Of a stretch of 34,539 bases of DNA, positions 14,200 through 26,918 are shown piece after piece. The DNA is from Actinomycetota bacterium (GTDB taxonomy: Bacteria > Actinomycetota > UBA4738 > HRBIN12). The notes beneath the pieces were generated by a model that saw nothing but the letters and a program-made list of their open reading frames with translations, ran no database searches and was not told the DNA's origin. Every line of letters begins with the position of its first letter. Position 1 is the stretch's first letter. The position numbers were made by a program, and so were the translations under genes. Location: positions 1 to 34,539 of the forward strand of contig JBBDWS010000053.1 of the NCBI GenBank assembly GCA_040902755.1. The letters run 5' to 3'.

Positions 14200-16119
14200 T
14201 CACAGGTGCGGCTCGGCCTCAACCCGCGTCACGACGCCCCGCTCCGCAAGTCGGCGGATCGCCGCGCCGAACACGGCGACGTCGCCGGCATCCAAGGCGA
14301 CCAAGCATACCGTCTGCTCTTCCAGCGACGAGACGAGAAGCGTGCGATGCGGCAGCGCCGTCATCTCGTCCTCCAACGATCCGGTCCCGACCACGCGGAA
14401 CACCGGGGCGCCGACCGGGAAGCCCGCGTCGGCCAGCCGGGTCCGTTCCGTTCGCGCGAACCGATCGGGTTTGCCGGCGACGAGCGCTTGGACGGCGTGG
14501 TCGTTCGGCCGATTCGTCTGAAGGACGACGCGTCCAGACGGACCCGCCCATGCCGCGACCTCGGCCCACGCCGAGAGCGTTCGCTCTCGCGCCGCAACCC
14601 CGGCTCGGCGAAGCGAAGCGTCGGCGTTCAAGATCCCGACGAGGTCGAGTCCGAGCGGGCCGAAGTCCTTCACCGCGTCGATCCCGCCGACCACCACTTC
14701 CGTGTCGCCCGGCGGACGAGGCCGGTCGGAAGGTCCGAGCCGCGAGACGGGAACGGTGGCCACTCCCCGAGCCCACTGCTCGACGCGCTCGGCTCCGCCG
14801 CGCGCCACGCCGAAGTCCTCCGCTCCGCACGCGGCGCACCGCCCCCGCGCTTCGCACACGGTGCACCGGATCGACCCCTCCTCGGACCGCAGCATCCCGC
14901 CGCACGACGCGCACGCGGCGGGTTCGCCGCAGGCCCGGCAGACACGGGCCACGCCGTAGCCGCGGATCGGCTCGTACAGGAACGCCCTGCGCGCCTCGCG
15001 GAGCGTGGCGATCAGTCTCGGCGCTCTCCCCTCGGGACCAGGCTTCACGGCCTCGACCCGCGGCCACCGCCGGTCGGAGGTCTCGACGCCGACGTGGGGC
15101 GTCTCGAGGCCCTCGAGCGAAGGCATGACCGACGCGAGGACGGTGACCGCGCCCTCCCGAGTCGCCCGCGCGACCGCGACGTCCCGAACGTGGAAGTAGG
15201 GAGAGCGTTCCTCTCGATGCAGCGCGTGATGCTCGCGCCCGACGAAAAGCAGTCCGAGGTTCGGGACGGGCGCGAAAACCGCCGGCCGTGTCCCGACGAC
15301 GACGCGGTACCGACCGTCCCCGATGTCCAACCACATCCGGTACCGGGACCGCTTGTCACCCCCGAAGAAGCAAGCCACGTCCTCGCCGAACGCCTCCACC
15401 ACCGCCTTCACCGTCGCCGGCACCGGATCCACCTCCGGAACCACCACCACCGCCCCCCGCCCTGAAGCGAGCGCCGCAGCAACGCACTCGACCGCGAGCG
15501 CCGCCTCCTCCCCCGGCCCACTCCGAACCACAAACGTGCCAGCCCCCTCGCTCAGCGCGCCGAGTAGCCGAGCGCCGTTGTTGTACTTGTCCGCGAGAAG
15601 CGGCTGCGCGGCGGATGGAACGGCGGCGTCGTCGCGCAGGGCTGTGGGGCGAGGAGCGAAACCCGACGAACCCATCTCAACCGAGCCCGTCAGGGCGAAG
15701 CGACGAGGGGACCCACCGCCCGGAGCGACGACGCCGGCGTCTTCTTCGGACGCGACGCGCGGCGGATACGACCGCCCGATAACCGAGGCGAGCGGCGCGA
15801 CGTATCGCTCGCCGATCCAGCGATAGAGATCCAGCATCCGCTCGTCGAAGAAGCGGACCCGCGAGACGTGCTTGTGGACCTTCAGCATGCGCGCCGGAAG
15901 GTCGCCGGTCGGACCGAGAACCCAGCCTCGAACGAGCTTGCCGTGGAAGCGCACCTGGACCAACGAGCCGACGCCCGCCCCGAGCTCCTCGGCAAGCTCG
16001 TACGTGAACGGGCGATCGAGCGACAGGAGCGGGCGGTCCACGCAGACCGCGACGGGTCCGGAAAGGACGGCGGCTCCGCGCTCGAGCGTGGGACTAGTCG
16101 AAGGCGCGGCGGAGCTCAT
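14200..16119 (-). CDS. priA: Primosomal protein N' (PriA) homologue with degenerate Walker A/B motifs and an inserted repeat element
   Basis: 639 aa. Cys-rich Zn region [15 protein letters not shown]...[14 protein letters not shown] and C-terminal PriA similarity. GSGKT is replaced by GPGEE, and DEEH by GREH. The start overlaps metK by 26 nt, so the start is moderately uncertain. Confidence 0.85.
   Translation of the reverse strand: MSSAAPSTSPTLERGAAVLSGPVAVCVDRPLLSLDRPFTYELAEELGAGVGSLVQVRFHGKLVRGWVLGPTGDLPARMLKVHKHVSRVRFFDERMLDLYRWIGERYVAPLASVIGRSYPPRVASEEDAGVVAPGGGSPRRFALTGSVEMGSSGFAPRPTALRDDAAVPSAAQPLLADKYNNGARLLGALSEGAGTFVVRSGPGEEAALAVECVAAALASGRGAVVVVPEVDPVPATVKAVVEAFGEDVACFFGGDKRSRYRMWLDIGDGRYRVVVGTRPAVFAPVPNLGLLFVGREHHALHREERSPYFHVRDVAVARATREGAVTVLASVMPSLEGLETPHVGVETSDRRWPRVEAVKPGPEGRAPRLIATLREARRAFLYEPIRGYGVARVCRACGEPAACASCGGMLRSEEGSIRCTVCEARGRCAACGAEDFGVARGGAERVEQWARGVATVPVSRLGPSDRPRPPGDTEVVVGGIDAVKDFGPLGLDLVGILNADASLRRAGVAARERTLSAWAEVAAWAGPSGRVVLQTNRPNDHAVQALVAGKPDRFARTERTRLADAGFPVGAPVFRVVGTGSLEDEMTALPHRTLLVSSLEEQTVCLVALDAGDVAVFGAAIRRLAERGVVTRVEAEPHL
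15624..15736 (-). repeat. ~113-nt imperfect-palindrome repeat element inside priA (in frame)
   Basis: The core 15639..15718 is 70/80 identical, without gaps, to 24441..24520 in carB. It is flanked by a perfect 12-bp inverted repeat, cggcgtcgtcgc (15624..15635) and gcgacgacgccg (15725..15736). Confidence 0.8.
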
Positions 16120-17281
16120 CCGCGCGGTCGGTCGACTCCCACGGGAACTCCTTGCGTCCGAAGTGCCCGTACGCGGCCGTGTCCTTGTAGATTGGCTTGC
16201 GCAGGTCGAGGTCGCGGATGATCGCCGCGGGGCGGAAGTCGAACGCTTCCCGAACCACGTCGCTCAGCCGCGCGGGGTCGACGTGCTCGGTCCCGAACGT
16301 ATCGATCGCCAGCGACACGGGGTGTGCCGTGCCGATCGCGTACGCGACCTGGAGCTGGAGCCGGTCGGCCAGACCCGCGGCGACGAGGTTCTTCGCGACG
16401 TACCGGGTCATGTACGCGCCCGAGCGATCCACCTTCGTCGGGTCCTTCCCCGAGAAGCAGCCGCCGCCGTGCGGGGCCATTCCTCCGTAGCTGTCGACGA
16501 TGATCTTCCGACCGGTGAGGCCGGTGTCGGCCTTGGGGCCGCCGATCTCGAAGCGCCCGGTTGGGTTGACGAGGATCCGGACGTCGTCTGCGTCGAGCTC
16601 GACCTCTCGAAGGACTGGGTCGATCACTTCGGTCCTGACGTCGGGCGCGAGCAGGGTCTCGACGTCGACCTCTTCGCGGTGCTGTGCGCTGATCAGCACC
16701 GTGTCCACGCGCTTGGGGACACCGTCCTGGTACTCGATCGTGACCTGGCTCTTGCCGTCCGGCCGCAGATACGGGATCACCCCGGCCTTGCGGACATCGG
16801 CAAGCCGCTTGGCCAGGCGATGCGCCATCGCGATGGGGATGGGCATCAGCTCGTCGGTCTCGCGACAGGCAAAGCCGAACATCATGCCCTGGTCGCCGGC
16901 GCCGAGCGTGTCGAGTTGATCCGTCGAGTGACCCTCCCGGTGCTCGAGCGAGTCCTCCACTCCCCGGGCGATGTCCGGCGACTGGTCCTGGATCGAGGTG
17001 ATGACGCCGCACGTGTCGCCGTCGATGCCGAAGTTGGCGTCCGTGTACCCGATCTCGGTGACCGTGTCGCGGACCACTTGGGGGATCTCCACGTAACCGG
17101 AGGTCGAGATCTCGCCCGCGACCATGACCAGGCCGGTCGTCACGAGCGTCTCGCAGGCAACCCGGCAGTTGGCGTCGACCGCCAAGATCGCATCCAGCAC
17201 CGCGTCGGAGATCTGGTCGGCGAGCTTGTCGGGGTGCCCCTCGGTGACGGATTCCGAGGAGAACAGGTAACCGCCGCTCAT
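16094..17281 (-). CDS. metK: S-adenosylmethionine synthase
   Basis: Track ORF 16094..18163 trimmed to ATG 17281 ([31 protein letters not shown]...). Motifs [10 protein letters not shown] and GGGCFSGKD. Confidence 0.96.
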   Translation of the reverse strand: MSGGYLFSSESVTEGHPDKLADQISDAVLDAILAVDANCRVACETLVTTGLVMVAGEISTSGYVEIPQVVRDTVTEIGYTDANFGIDGDTCGVITSIQDQSPDIARGVEDSLEHREGHSTDQLDTLGAGDQGMMFGFACRETDELMPIPIAMAHRLAKRLADVRKAGVIPYLRPDGKSQVTIEYQDGVPKRVDTVLISAQHREEVDVETLLAPDVRTEVIDPVLREVELDADDVRILVNPTGRFEIGGPKADTGLTGRKIIVDSYGGMAPHGGGCFSGKDPTKVDRSGAYMTRYVAKNLVAAGLADRLQLQVAYAIGTAHPVSLAIDTFGTEHVDPARLSDVVREAFDFRPAAIIRDLDLRKPIYKDTAAYGHFGRKEFPWESTDRADELRRAFD

Positions 17282-17346
17282 GTCGTCGGAGCATAGCAGG
17301 GGGCTCCGACGACCCTGACGAACCCATGATGGCCGGCGTTCGGGAC

Positions 17347-18558
17347 TCAGCGGGCAAGGAGCTTTGCGAGGCGATCGCAGATGGCGCTCGCGAGCTCGGG
17401 CTTGGTCCAGTCGCGCAACGCCTCGTCCTCGCCCGTCCGCGACAGGATCGCCGCGCGATCCGTTTCCGAGCCGAAGCCGGTCCCCTCGCGGCCGACCTCG
17501 TTGGCGACGAGGAGATCGACGCCCTTGCGTTCGAGCTTGCGGCGTCCCTCGGCCTCGATGTCTTCGGTCTCGGCTGCGAAGCCGACGAGGACGCACTCGC
17601 CGCCACGGGCACCGAGCTCGGCGAGGATGTCCGGCGTCGGCACCAACCGAAGCTCTGGGGCGCCGCCCTCCTTTTTGATCTTCGAGCCCGCGGCCGCCTC
17701 GGGACGGAAATCCGCGACGGCGGCGGCCATGACGACGGCGTCGGCACCCTCGGCCGCGCGAAACACCGCGTCGCGCATCTCCTCGGCCGTCGTCACGGAG
17801 ACGACGGCGGGCCCCTCGGGAGGTCCGACGGTGCCCGGTCCGACGACGAGCGTCACATCGGCGCCGCGGGCGAACGCTTCGGCCGCCACCGCGAACCCCA
17901 TCTTGCCCGTCGACCGGTTCCCGATGAAGCGGACCGGATCGATCGGCTCCCAGGTCGGGCCTGCGGTGACGACGACGCGGCGACCCGCCAGATCCCGGCC
18001 ATGCGCGAGGAGCTCCTCGACGACCGCGAGGATCTCCTCGGGCTCGCTCATCCTGCCGATCCCCTCGTCGCCGGCGGCGAGTGAGCCGCGCGTCGGTCCG
18101 ACGATCACAGCGCCGCGTTCGACGAGGGTCGCGACGTTGGACTGCGTCGCGTCGTGCTCCCACATCCCCGTGTGCATGGCCGGCGCCAGGACGAAGGGAC
18201 CGCGCGCCTCGAGCAGCGTGGAGGTCAGCAGGTCGTCGGCGATGCCGAACGCGAGCTTGGCGATGACGTTCGCCGTGGCCGGAGCGACGACGACGACGTC
18301 GGCCTCGTGCGCGAGCCGGATGTGCAACACGCCTGGCTCATCGTCGAAGAGGTCCGTGTACACGCGGTGATCGGAGAGGGCGGCGAAGGTAGCGGGACCG
18401 ACGAATCGCTCGGCCGAGCGGGTCATGACCACGCGGACCTGCGCGCCGCGGAGTCGGAGCAGCCGGGTCAGGATGCACGCCTTGTACGCCGCGATTCCCC
18501 CAGTGACACCGAGCAGGACCCGGCGGCCCACAAGGACGGAGGGTTCGCTCGTGCCCAC
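17347..18558 (-). CDS. coaBC: Bifunctional phosphopantothenoylcysteine decarboxylase / phosphopantothenate-cysteine ligase
   Basis: 403 aa. Flavoprotein domain ([20 protein letters not shown]) plus the CoaB domain (ITAGPT-like [25 protein letters not shown]). Confidence 0.93.
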   Translation of the reverse strand: MGTSEPSVLVGRRVLLGVTGGIAAYKACILTRLLRLRGAQVRVVMTRSAERFVGPATFAALSDHRVYTDLFDDEPGVLHIRLAHEADVVVVAPATANVIAKLAFGIADDLLTSTLLEARGPFVLAPAMHTGMWEHDATQSNVATLVERGAVIVGPTRGSLAAGDEGIGRMSEPEEILAVVEELLAHGRDLAGRRVVVTAGPTWEPIDPVRFIGNRSTGKMGFAVAAEAFARGADVTLVVGPGTVGPPEGPAVVSVTTAEEMRDAVFRAAEGADAVVMAAAVADFRPEAAAGSKIKKEGGAPELRLVPTPDILAELGARGGECVLVGFAAETEDIEAEGRRKLERKGVDLLVANEVGREGTGFGSETDRAAILSRTGEDEALRDWTKPELASAICDRLAKLLAR

Positions 18559-18592
18559 CAGACATCTCCTCCCGCGCCGGACGCCCGGAGGA

Positions 18593-18838
18593 CTACTTGA
18601 TGCCCGCGTCCTCCGGCTGCTCGGCGCTGATCTTGCCCTCGGCGATCTCCTCGAGCGCGATCGAGAGCGGCTTGTTCTTCAGCCCCGTTTCGACGAGCGG
18701 CGGGATGAACTCGGCGCGGCCCTCGCCGAGCTGGTTGTAGTACGAGTTGATCTCTCGCGCGCGCTTGGCCGCGAGGATGACCAGCGTGTACTTCGAGTCC
18801 ACCTGCGCGAGCAGATCGTCGATCTTCGGCTCGATCAT
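18593..18838 (-). CDS. rpoZ: DNA-directed RNA polymerase subunit omega
   Basis: 81 aa, ...[17 protein letters not shown]...; ATGA overlap with the gmk stop. Confidence 0.92.
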   Translation of the reverse strand: MIEPKIDDLLAQVDSKYTLVILAAKRAREINSYYNQLGEGRAEFIPPLVETGLKNKPLSIALEEIAEGKISAEQPEDAGIK

Positions 18839-19440
18839 GGGTGATCGTGTCCTTCAAGCGTTGGGCCGGCATGCGGCCCGGCCGTTCGGTCCGGAGAGCT
18901 CCGGGATGCCTCGATGATAGCAGCGACCTGCGACGATGCGCGCTCGACGTCGTCGTTCACGACGACATGATCGAACCACTCCTGCTGCTCGCGCTCCCAG
19001 TCCGCCTTCGCCAGGCGATCCGCGAGCTTCTGGTCGTCCTCCGATCCCCGGGAGCGGAGCCGCCGTTCGAGCTCTCCGAGCGAGGGCGGGTCTAGGAAGA
19101 TCAACACCGCGTCGGCCATCGCCTCGCGGATCTGCTGGGCGCCCTGGACGTCGATCTCGAGCACGACGTCCTGCTCCGCGGCGAGCGCGTCCTCGACCCA
19201 GGCCCGAGGCGTCCCGTACCGCTTGCCGAACAACTCGGCCCATTCGAGGAGACCACCCTCGAGCACCAGCGCCTCGAACTCCTCGGGGGTCACGAAGAAG
19301 TAGTCCACTCCGTCTCGTTCCCGCAACGACTCCCGGGGAAGACGCGTGGTCACCGAGACGGACAGCTGCAAGCCGGAAACGAGCTCGAGCACACGCCGAA
19401 CGATGGTTCCCTTGCCGACCCCCGACGGGCCGGCGACCAC
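18835..19440 (-). CDS. gmk: Guanylate kinase (5' end uncertain; may start at ATC 19464)
   Basis: P-loop GPSGVGKGT, plus SVTTRLPR and EIDVQGA motifs. The only canonical in-frame start after the mihF stop is GTG 19440, which is 3 codons before the P-loop. The track's ATG 19593 would overlap all of the mihF 3' half. Confidence 0.85.
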   Translation of the reverse strand: MVAGPSGVGKGTIVRRVLELVSGLQLSVSVTTRLPRESLRERDGVDYFFVTPEEFEALVLEGGLLEWAELFGKRYGTPRAWVEDALAAEQDVVLEIDVQGAQQIREAMADAVLIFLDPPSLGELERRLRSRGSEDDQKLADRLAKADWEREQQEWFDHVVVNDDVERASSQVAAIIEASRSSPDRTAGPHAGPTLEGHDHP

Positions 19441-19471
19441 GAAGAGGGTTCCGCGCCGTTCGATCGCGGGA

Positions 19472-19786
19472 CTACTTCTTGGCGAACTCGGCGAGCACCG
19501 ACTCCCGCTGCTTCGCGCCGAGGCCCCGGACCCGGCGGCTCGCGGAGATGTCGAGCTTCTCCATGATCTTGCGCGCCCGGACCTTCCCCACACCCGGGAG
19601 CGACTCGAGAACCGTGGAGACCCTCATCTTGCCGACCGTGTCGTCGCCCTGTCTGGACAGCACGTCCGTGAGCGTGACCTTCCCGGACTTGAGCTGACCC
19701 TTGAGCTCCGCCCTCTTCCTCCTCGCCTCGGCGGCTTTCTCGAGGGCTTGCTTGCGCTGTTCGTCCGTCAGTACGGGTAGAGGCAT
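19472..19786 (-). CDS. mihF: Actinobacterial integration host factor MihF
   Basis: 104 aa, MPLPVLTDEQRKQALEKAAEARRKRAELK...LPGVGKVRARKIME...; GAAGGAG SD 7 nt upstream. Confidence 0.9.
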   Translation of the reverse strand: MPLPVLTDEQRKQALEKAAEARRKRAELKGQLKSGKVTLTDVLSRQGDDTVGKMRVSTVLESLPGVGKVRARKIMEKLDISASRRVRGLGAKQRESVLAEFAKK

Positions 19787-19824
19787 GACGGCACTCCTTC
19801 AGGTCGGGATCGGGAACGCCGGGG

Positions 19825-19853
19825 AGTATAGTCACGGCCCGCGGCGGCAGCAA
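19825..19853 (-). promoter_or_regulatory. Putative promoter of mihF (-35 TTGCTG, 17-nt spacer, -10 TATACT)
   Basis: On the minus strand: TTGCTG (19853..19848), 17 nt, TATACT (19830..19825), about 40 nt upstream of the mihF ATG. Confidence 0.45.
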
Positions 19854-19884
19854 CGCGTGTCATGCCCGCCACCTGCGGTTTTCC

Positions 19885-20538
19885 TCACCGAACGGATGCG
19901 AGGATCGCGCGCGCGACGCCGGCGGGATCGTTCGACGACGTGATGGGCCGACCGACGACGAGGTAGTCCGCCCCGCGTTCGACCGCTTCCTCCGGCGTCA
20001 GGATGCGAACCTGGTCGTGGCCGTTCGATCCGGCGGGACGGATCCCGGGAACGACGACGTACGGTTCCTCGCCGACGACCTCGCGCACCGTCGACACGTC
20101 CTCGCCCGAGACCACCATCCCGCCCGCGCCCGCCGCCTTGGCCTCGAACGCGAGCGAGGCGGGCGACGCGAGACCCTCTCCCGCGAGGCTCGACAGAACG
20201 GTGACGGCCACCACGACGGGCACGGGATGACCGGCCTCACCCGCTCCGGCTTCGGCGCCGCGCACCGCGGCCGCGATCATCGCCTCGCCTCCGAGCGCGT
20301 GCACGGTGAACATCGCCGCGCCGATCCTGCCGACGTTGAAGGACGCTCGTTCGACGGTGTTCGGGATGTCGTGAAGCTTCAGGTCCAAGAAGACCGGGCC
20401 GTGATCGCGCACCCGCGAGACCGACACGGGACCGTACCCGGTGAAGAGCTGGAGCCCGACCTTGAACATCCCCACCTGGCCCGCCAGACGTTTCGCGAGG
20501 TCCTCGGCGGCATCGAGGTCGGGCAGGTCGAGCGCCAC
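19885..20538 (-). CDS. pyrF: Orotidine 5'-phosphate decarboxylase (5' end uncertain; may start at ATC 20565)
   Basis: Motifs VVALDLPD, DLKLHDIPNTV and VVGRPI. The first canonical in-frame start downstream of the pyrD stop is GTG 20538 (giving M-ALD...). The conserved strand PENPLVV lies upstream of that GTG. Confidence 0.85.
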   Translation of the reverse strand: MALDLPDLDAAEDLAKRLAGQVGMFKVGLQLFTGYGPVSVSRVRDHGPVFLDLKLHDIPNTVERASFNVGRIGAAMFTVHALGGEAMIAAAVRGAEAGAGEAGHPVPVVVAVTVLSSLAGEGLASPASLAFEAKAAGAGGMVVSGEDVSTVREVVGEEPYVVVPGIRPAGSNGHDQVRILTPEEAVERGADYLVVGRPITSSNDPAGVARAILASVR

Positions 20539-20564
20539 GACAAGCGGATTCTCCGGCCGCGGGA

Positions 20565-21524
20565 TCAGGACACGACCTCGGGCTCGGGAACCTCGCCCTG
20601 GATCCGGAGCCGGCCTCGGAGATCGCCTGGCGAGGCGATCCCCTTGGCCTTCAGATAGGCCTGGATCCCGCGGGCGATCTCGACCGGGGCCGACGGGTTC
20701 ACGAGCATGGCGGTGCCGACCTGCACGGCCCAGGCGCCCGCGAGCAGGAACTCGACCGCATCCTCTCCTGTGGAGATCCCCCCGACGCCCATGATCGGGA
20801 CGTCGGGCATCGCGCGGGCGACGCGATAAACGGCGCCCAGGGCGATCGGCTTGATCGCCGGGCCCGACAGACCGCCCACCGGGACGGCGAGCCTCGGCCG
20901 CAGACGGTCGACATCGACCGCGAGCGCGGGCACCGCATCGATCAGCGTGAAGCCGTGCGCGCCGTCTCGCACGCACAACCGGGCGGTCTCGACGAGGTCC
21001 GGGAGCAGCGGCGGCAGCTTCACGAAGACGGGGAGCCGCGAGAGGCGCGACACCGCACCGACCACCTCGTGGATCCGGTCCGGGCGCGCGTAGAACGGCT
21101 CGCCTCCGCGTTCCACGTCCGCTCCGGACAGATACACCTCCAACGCGTCGATGCCCTCGAGGTCGTGCAGCGCGTTCGCGATCCGGATGTACTCCTCGAG
21201 GCTGGAGCCGGCGATCGACACGATCACCGGCAGTTGCGCCTTGCGCAGCCGAGGAAGGTCTTCCGCAACGAACTCGTCCAGGCCGGGGTTCTGCAGACCG
21301 ACGAAGCTGACCATTCCCGAGGCGGTCTCGGCGGCCCTCGGCGTGGGTGCGCCCTTCGACGGCGCCAGCGTCAGAGTTCGCGTGACGACGCCGCCGAGAC
21401 GATGGAGATCCACCAGACCGGGGCCGTCCCGCCGCGTCGCGAGACAGCCCGCCGCGGCCAGCACGGGGTGCGCGAACCGAAGGCCGTTCAGGTCGACGCC
21501 GAGCGAGGACCTCAACCGGGCCAC
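20565..21524 (-). CDS. pyrD: Dihydroorotate dehydrogenase class 1B catalytic-subunit homologue with substituted active-site residues
   Basis: 319 aa. Collinear with PyrD-B (ETASGM, GLQNPG, GGLSGPAIKP, GVGGI, QVGTA), but NISCPN is replaced by YLSGAD and GNP by GAP. Confidence 0.8.
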   Translation of the reverse strand: MARLRSSLGVDLNGLRFAHPVLAAAGCLATRRDGPGLVDLHRLGGVVTRTLTLAPSKGAPTPRAAETASGMVSFVGLQNPGLDEFVAEDLPRLRKAQLPVIVSIAGSSLEEYIRIANALHDLEGIDALEVYLSGADVERGGEPFYARPDRIHEVVGAVSRLSRLPVFVKLPPLLPDLVETARLCVRDGAHGFTLIDAVPALAVDVDRLRPRLAVPVGGLSGPAIKPIALGAVYRVARAMPDVPIMGVGGISTGEDAVEFLLAGAWAVQVGTAMLVNPSAPVEIARGIQAYLKAKGIASPGDLRGRLRIQGEVPEPEVVS

Positions 21525-22380
21525 GCCTTCACGACGGGGAAGCCTTCGGGGGGCGTCGGCGCCATCCGCGGCTCATCCAGCAACCACCGGTCCCACAGGA
21601 TGCGCGCCGGGTTGAACACCGGACCCTCGGTGCACGCGCGGACGTTGTCGTACCCGGAGCCGTCTTTCCGGATCAAGGGGACCGTGCACGTGAAGCACAG
21701 GCCGATGCCGCATGCCATCGGCTCCTCCACCGTGACCTGCGAGGGTATCTGCCGCTCCATGCACAGCTCGGCGATCGCGCGCAACGTTGAGCGATCGGCG
21801 GCCGCGTAGACGACCTGCGCTCGCGTCGACTCGAGCATCGACGGCATCACGTCCAGCACGCTCCCCCGCTCTCCGAGGCTGCCGTCCGACGTCACGATCG
21901 CGATGGTCTGCGACAGACGCTTCCCCTCGATCGGCTTGAACACGTGCTCCTGCGTCTCGGCGCCCACCACCATGTCGACCCGCTTGCCGCGCGCCCGCAG
22001 CTCCTGGGCGAGGAAGTAAAGAGGCGCAGCACCGTGGCCCTCCGCAACTAGGAGGCAGGTGTTGAGCTTGGTCGGATAGGCGAACGCCTTGCCGAGCGGC
22101 CCGATGACGTCGAGGAACTGGTGCGCCTTGATCTCGGCGAGCCAAGCCGTGCCGCGTCCCTGCGGATCGAACACGAACTCCAACGTCCCCGCCCATCCCC
22201 CACGCCGCGACGCCTGATGGATGGAGAAGTGCCGGCGAAGCAGGAAGGCGCGCTCCGGCGGCATCCCGATCGACAGGAACTGACCCGGCCGGACCCGGTC
22301 GGCAAGCTCCGGCGCGACGATCGTGATCGAGTGGTACACCCCGAGATTGCGCGCGTTCAGCACCTCCGCGCGGACCCGTT

Positions 22381-22384
<4 letters not shown>
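21512..22384 (-). CDS. pyrK: Dihydroorotate dehydrogenase electron-transfer subunit (FAD / 2Fe-2S)
   Basis: 290 aa. RRHFSI FAD motif and C-terminal [13 protein letters not shown]...ACTEGPVF cluster cysteines. GTGA overlap with the carB stop. Confidence 0.9.
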
Positions 22385-25769
<3,385 letters not shown>

Positions 25770-25770
<1 letters not shown>

Positions 25771-26918
25771 TAGGACCTCTCCATCAGCGCGCGGAACTCC
25801 TCGAACAGGTAACGGGAGTCATGGGGTCCCGGCGCGGCTTCGGGGTGGTACTGCACGGACATCGCCGGGACCTCGAGGCATCGCAGGCCTTCGAGCGTCC
25901 CGTCGTTCAGGTTCCAGTGCGTGAGCCCCACGGGACCGAACGATGTCTGGGCGAGGCCGTCGTCGACCGGCCATCCTTTCGGATCGACCGCGAAGCCGTG
26001 GTTGTGGCTCGTCACCTCGACGCGACCGGTGCGACGGTCCTGCACCGGCTGGTTCACGCCACGGTGGCCGAACTTCATCTTGTAGGTCCGGCCGCCGAGC
26101 GCCAGCGCGAGCAGTTGGTGCCCGAGGCAGATGCCGAAAACCGGGTACCGGCCGATCAGCCCGCGCGCGGCCGCGATCCCGTACTCGGTCGCCGCCGGAT
26201 CGCCCGGCCCGTTGGAAAGGAACACGCCGTCGACGCCGTCCACCTCGTCGGCCGGGGTGTCTGCGGGCACCACCGTCGCCTCGATGCCCGCGTCGGCGAG
26301 CCGGCGGAGGATGTTGCGCTTCAGGCCGAAGTCGTAGGCCGCGACACGGAACACGCGACCGTGCGCAGTCGAGGCCAGCCCGACGAGCTCCCGCGCGGCG
26401 TAGGGCTCGATCGTCGACACCCCTTTGGCGAGGTCGGCACCCTCCATGCCGGGTCGGAAGCGAGCGCGCTCGATCAGCGAGGCGGGCTCGAGGTCCTCGG
26501 TCGAGATCGCGCACCGCATCGCGCCCCGCTCACGCAGGCGGAGCGTCAGCCGCCGGGTGTCGACGCCCTCGAGGCCGATCACGCCGGCCTCGGCGAGCTC
26601 GTCGTGCAGCGTTCCGGTGGAGCGCCAGCTCGACGCGCGGCGTGATGCCTCACGGACCACGAACCCCGCGACCTGCACCCGACCGGACTCGGGATCCTCA
26701 CGGTTCATCCCGTAGTTGCCCTGGTGCGGCGAGGTCATCGCGACGACCTGGCCCGCGTACGACGGGTCGCTGAGAACCTCCTGGTAGCCCGACATGGCGG
26801 TGTTGAAGACGGCCTCTCCGAACGCCTCCCCCACCGAGCCGAAGGAGTATCCGCGGAACACCGAGCCGTCCTCGAGCGCGAGGAGGGCCGCCCGGCCTTT
26901 CCTCATCTCTGGCGTCAT
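25770..26918 (-). CDS. carA: Carbamoyl-phosphate synthase small (glutaminase) subunit
   Basis: Track ORF trimmed to ATG 26918 (ATGA overlap with the pyrC stop). [23 protein letters not shown]... with the GICLGHQLL catalytic Cys motif. Confidence 0.95.

Noticed and set aside
14600-14630. Extra GCTTCGC-box-like sequences inside priA (gacgcttcgcttcgccgagccgggg, about 14603..14627, minus strand) and carB (gtcgcttcgcctcgag, about 24208..24223), considered as further repeat copies.
   Set aside because: They fall in conserved, natively encoded protein segments (PriA ...[18 protein letters not shown]..., CarB ...[11 protein letters not shown]...). They share only the 7-8-nt core, so chance codon combinations (Ala-Ser-Leu-Arg) are sufficient to explain them.
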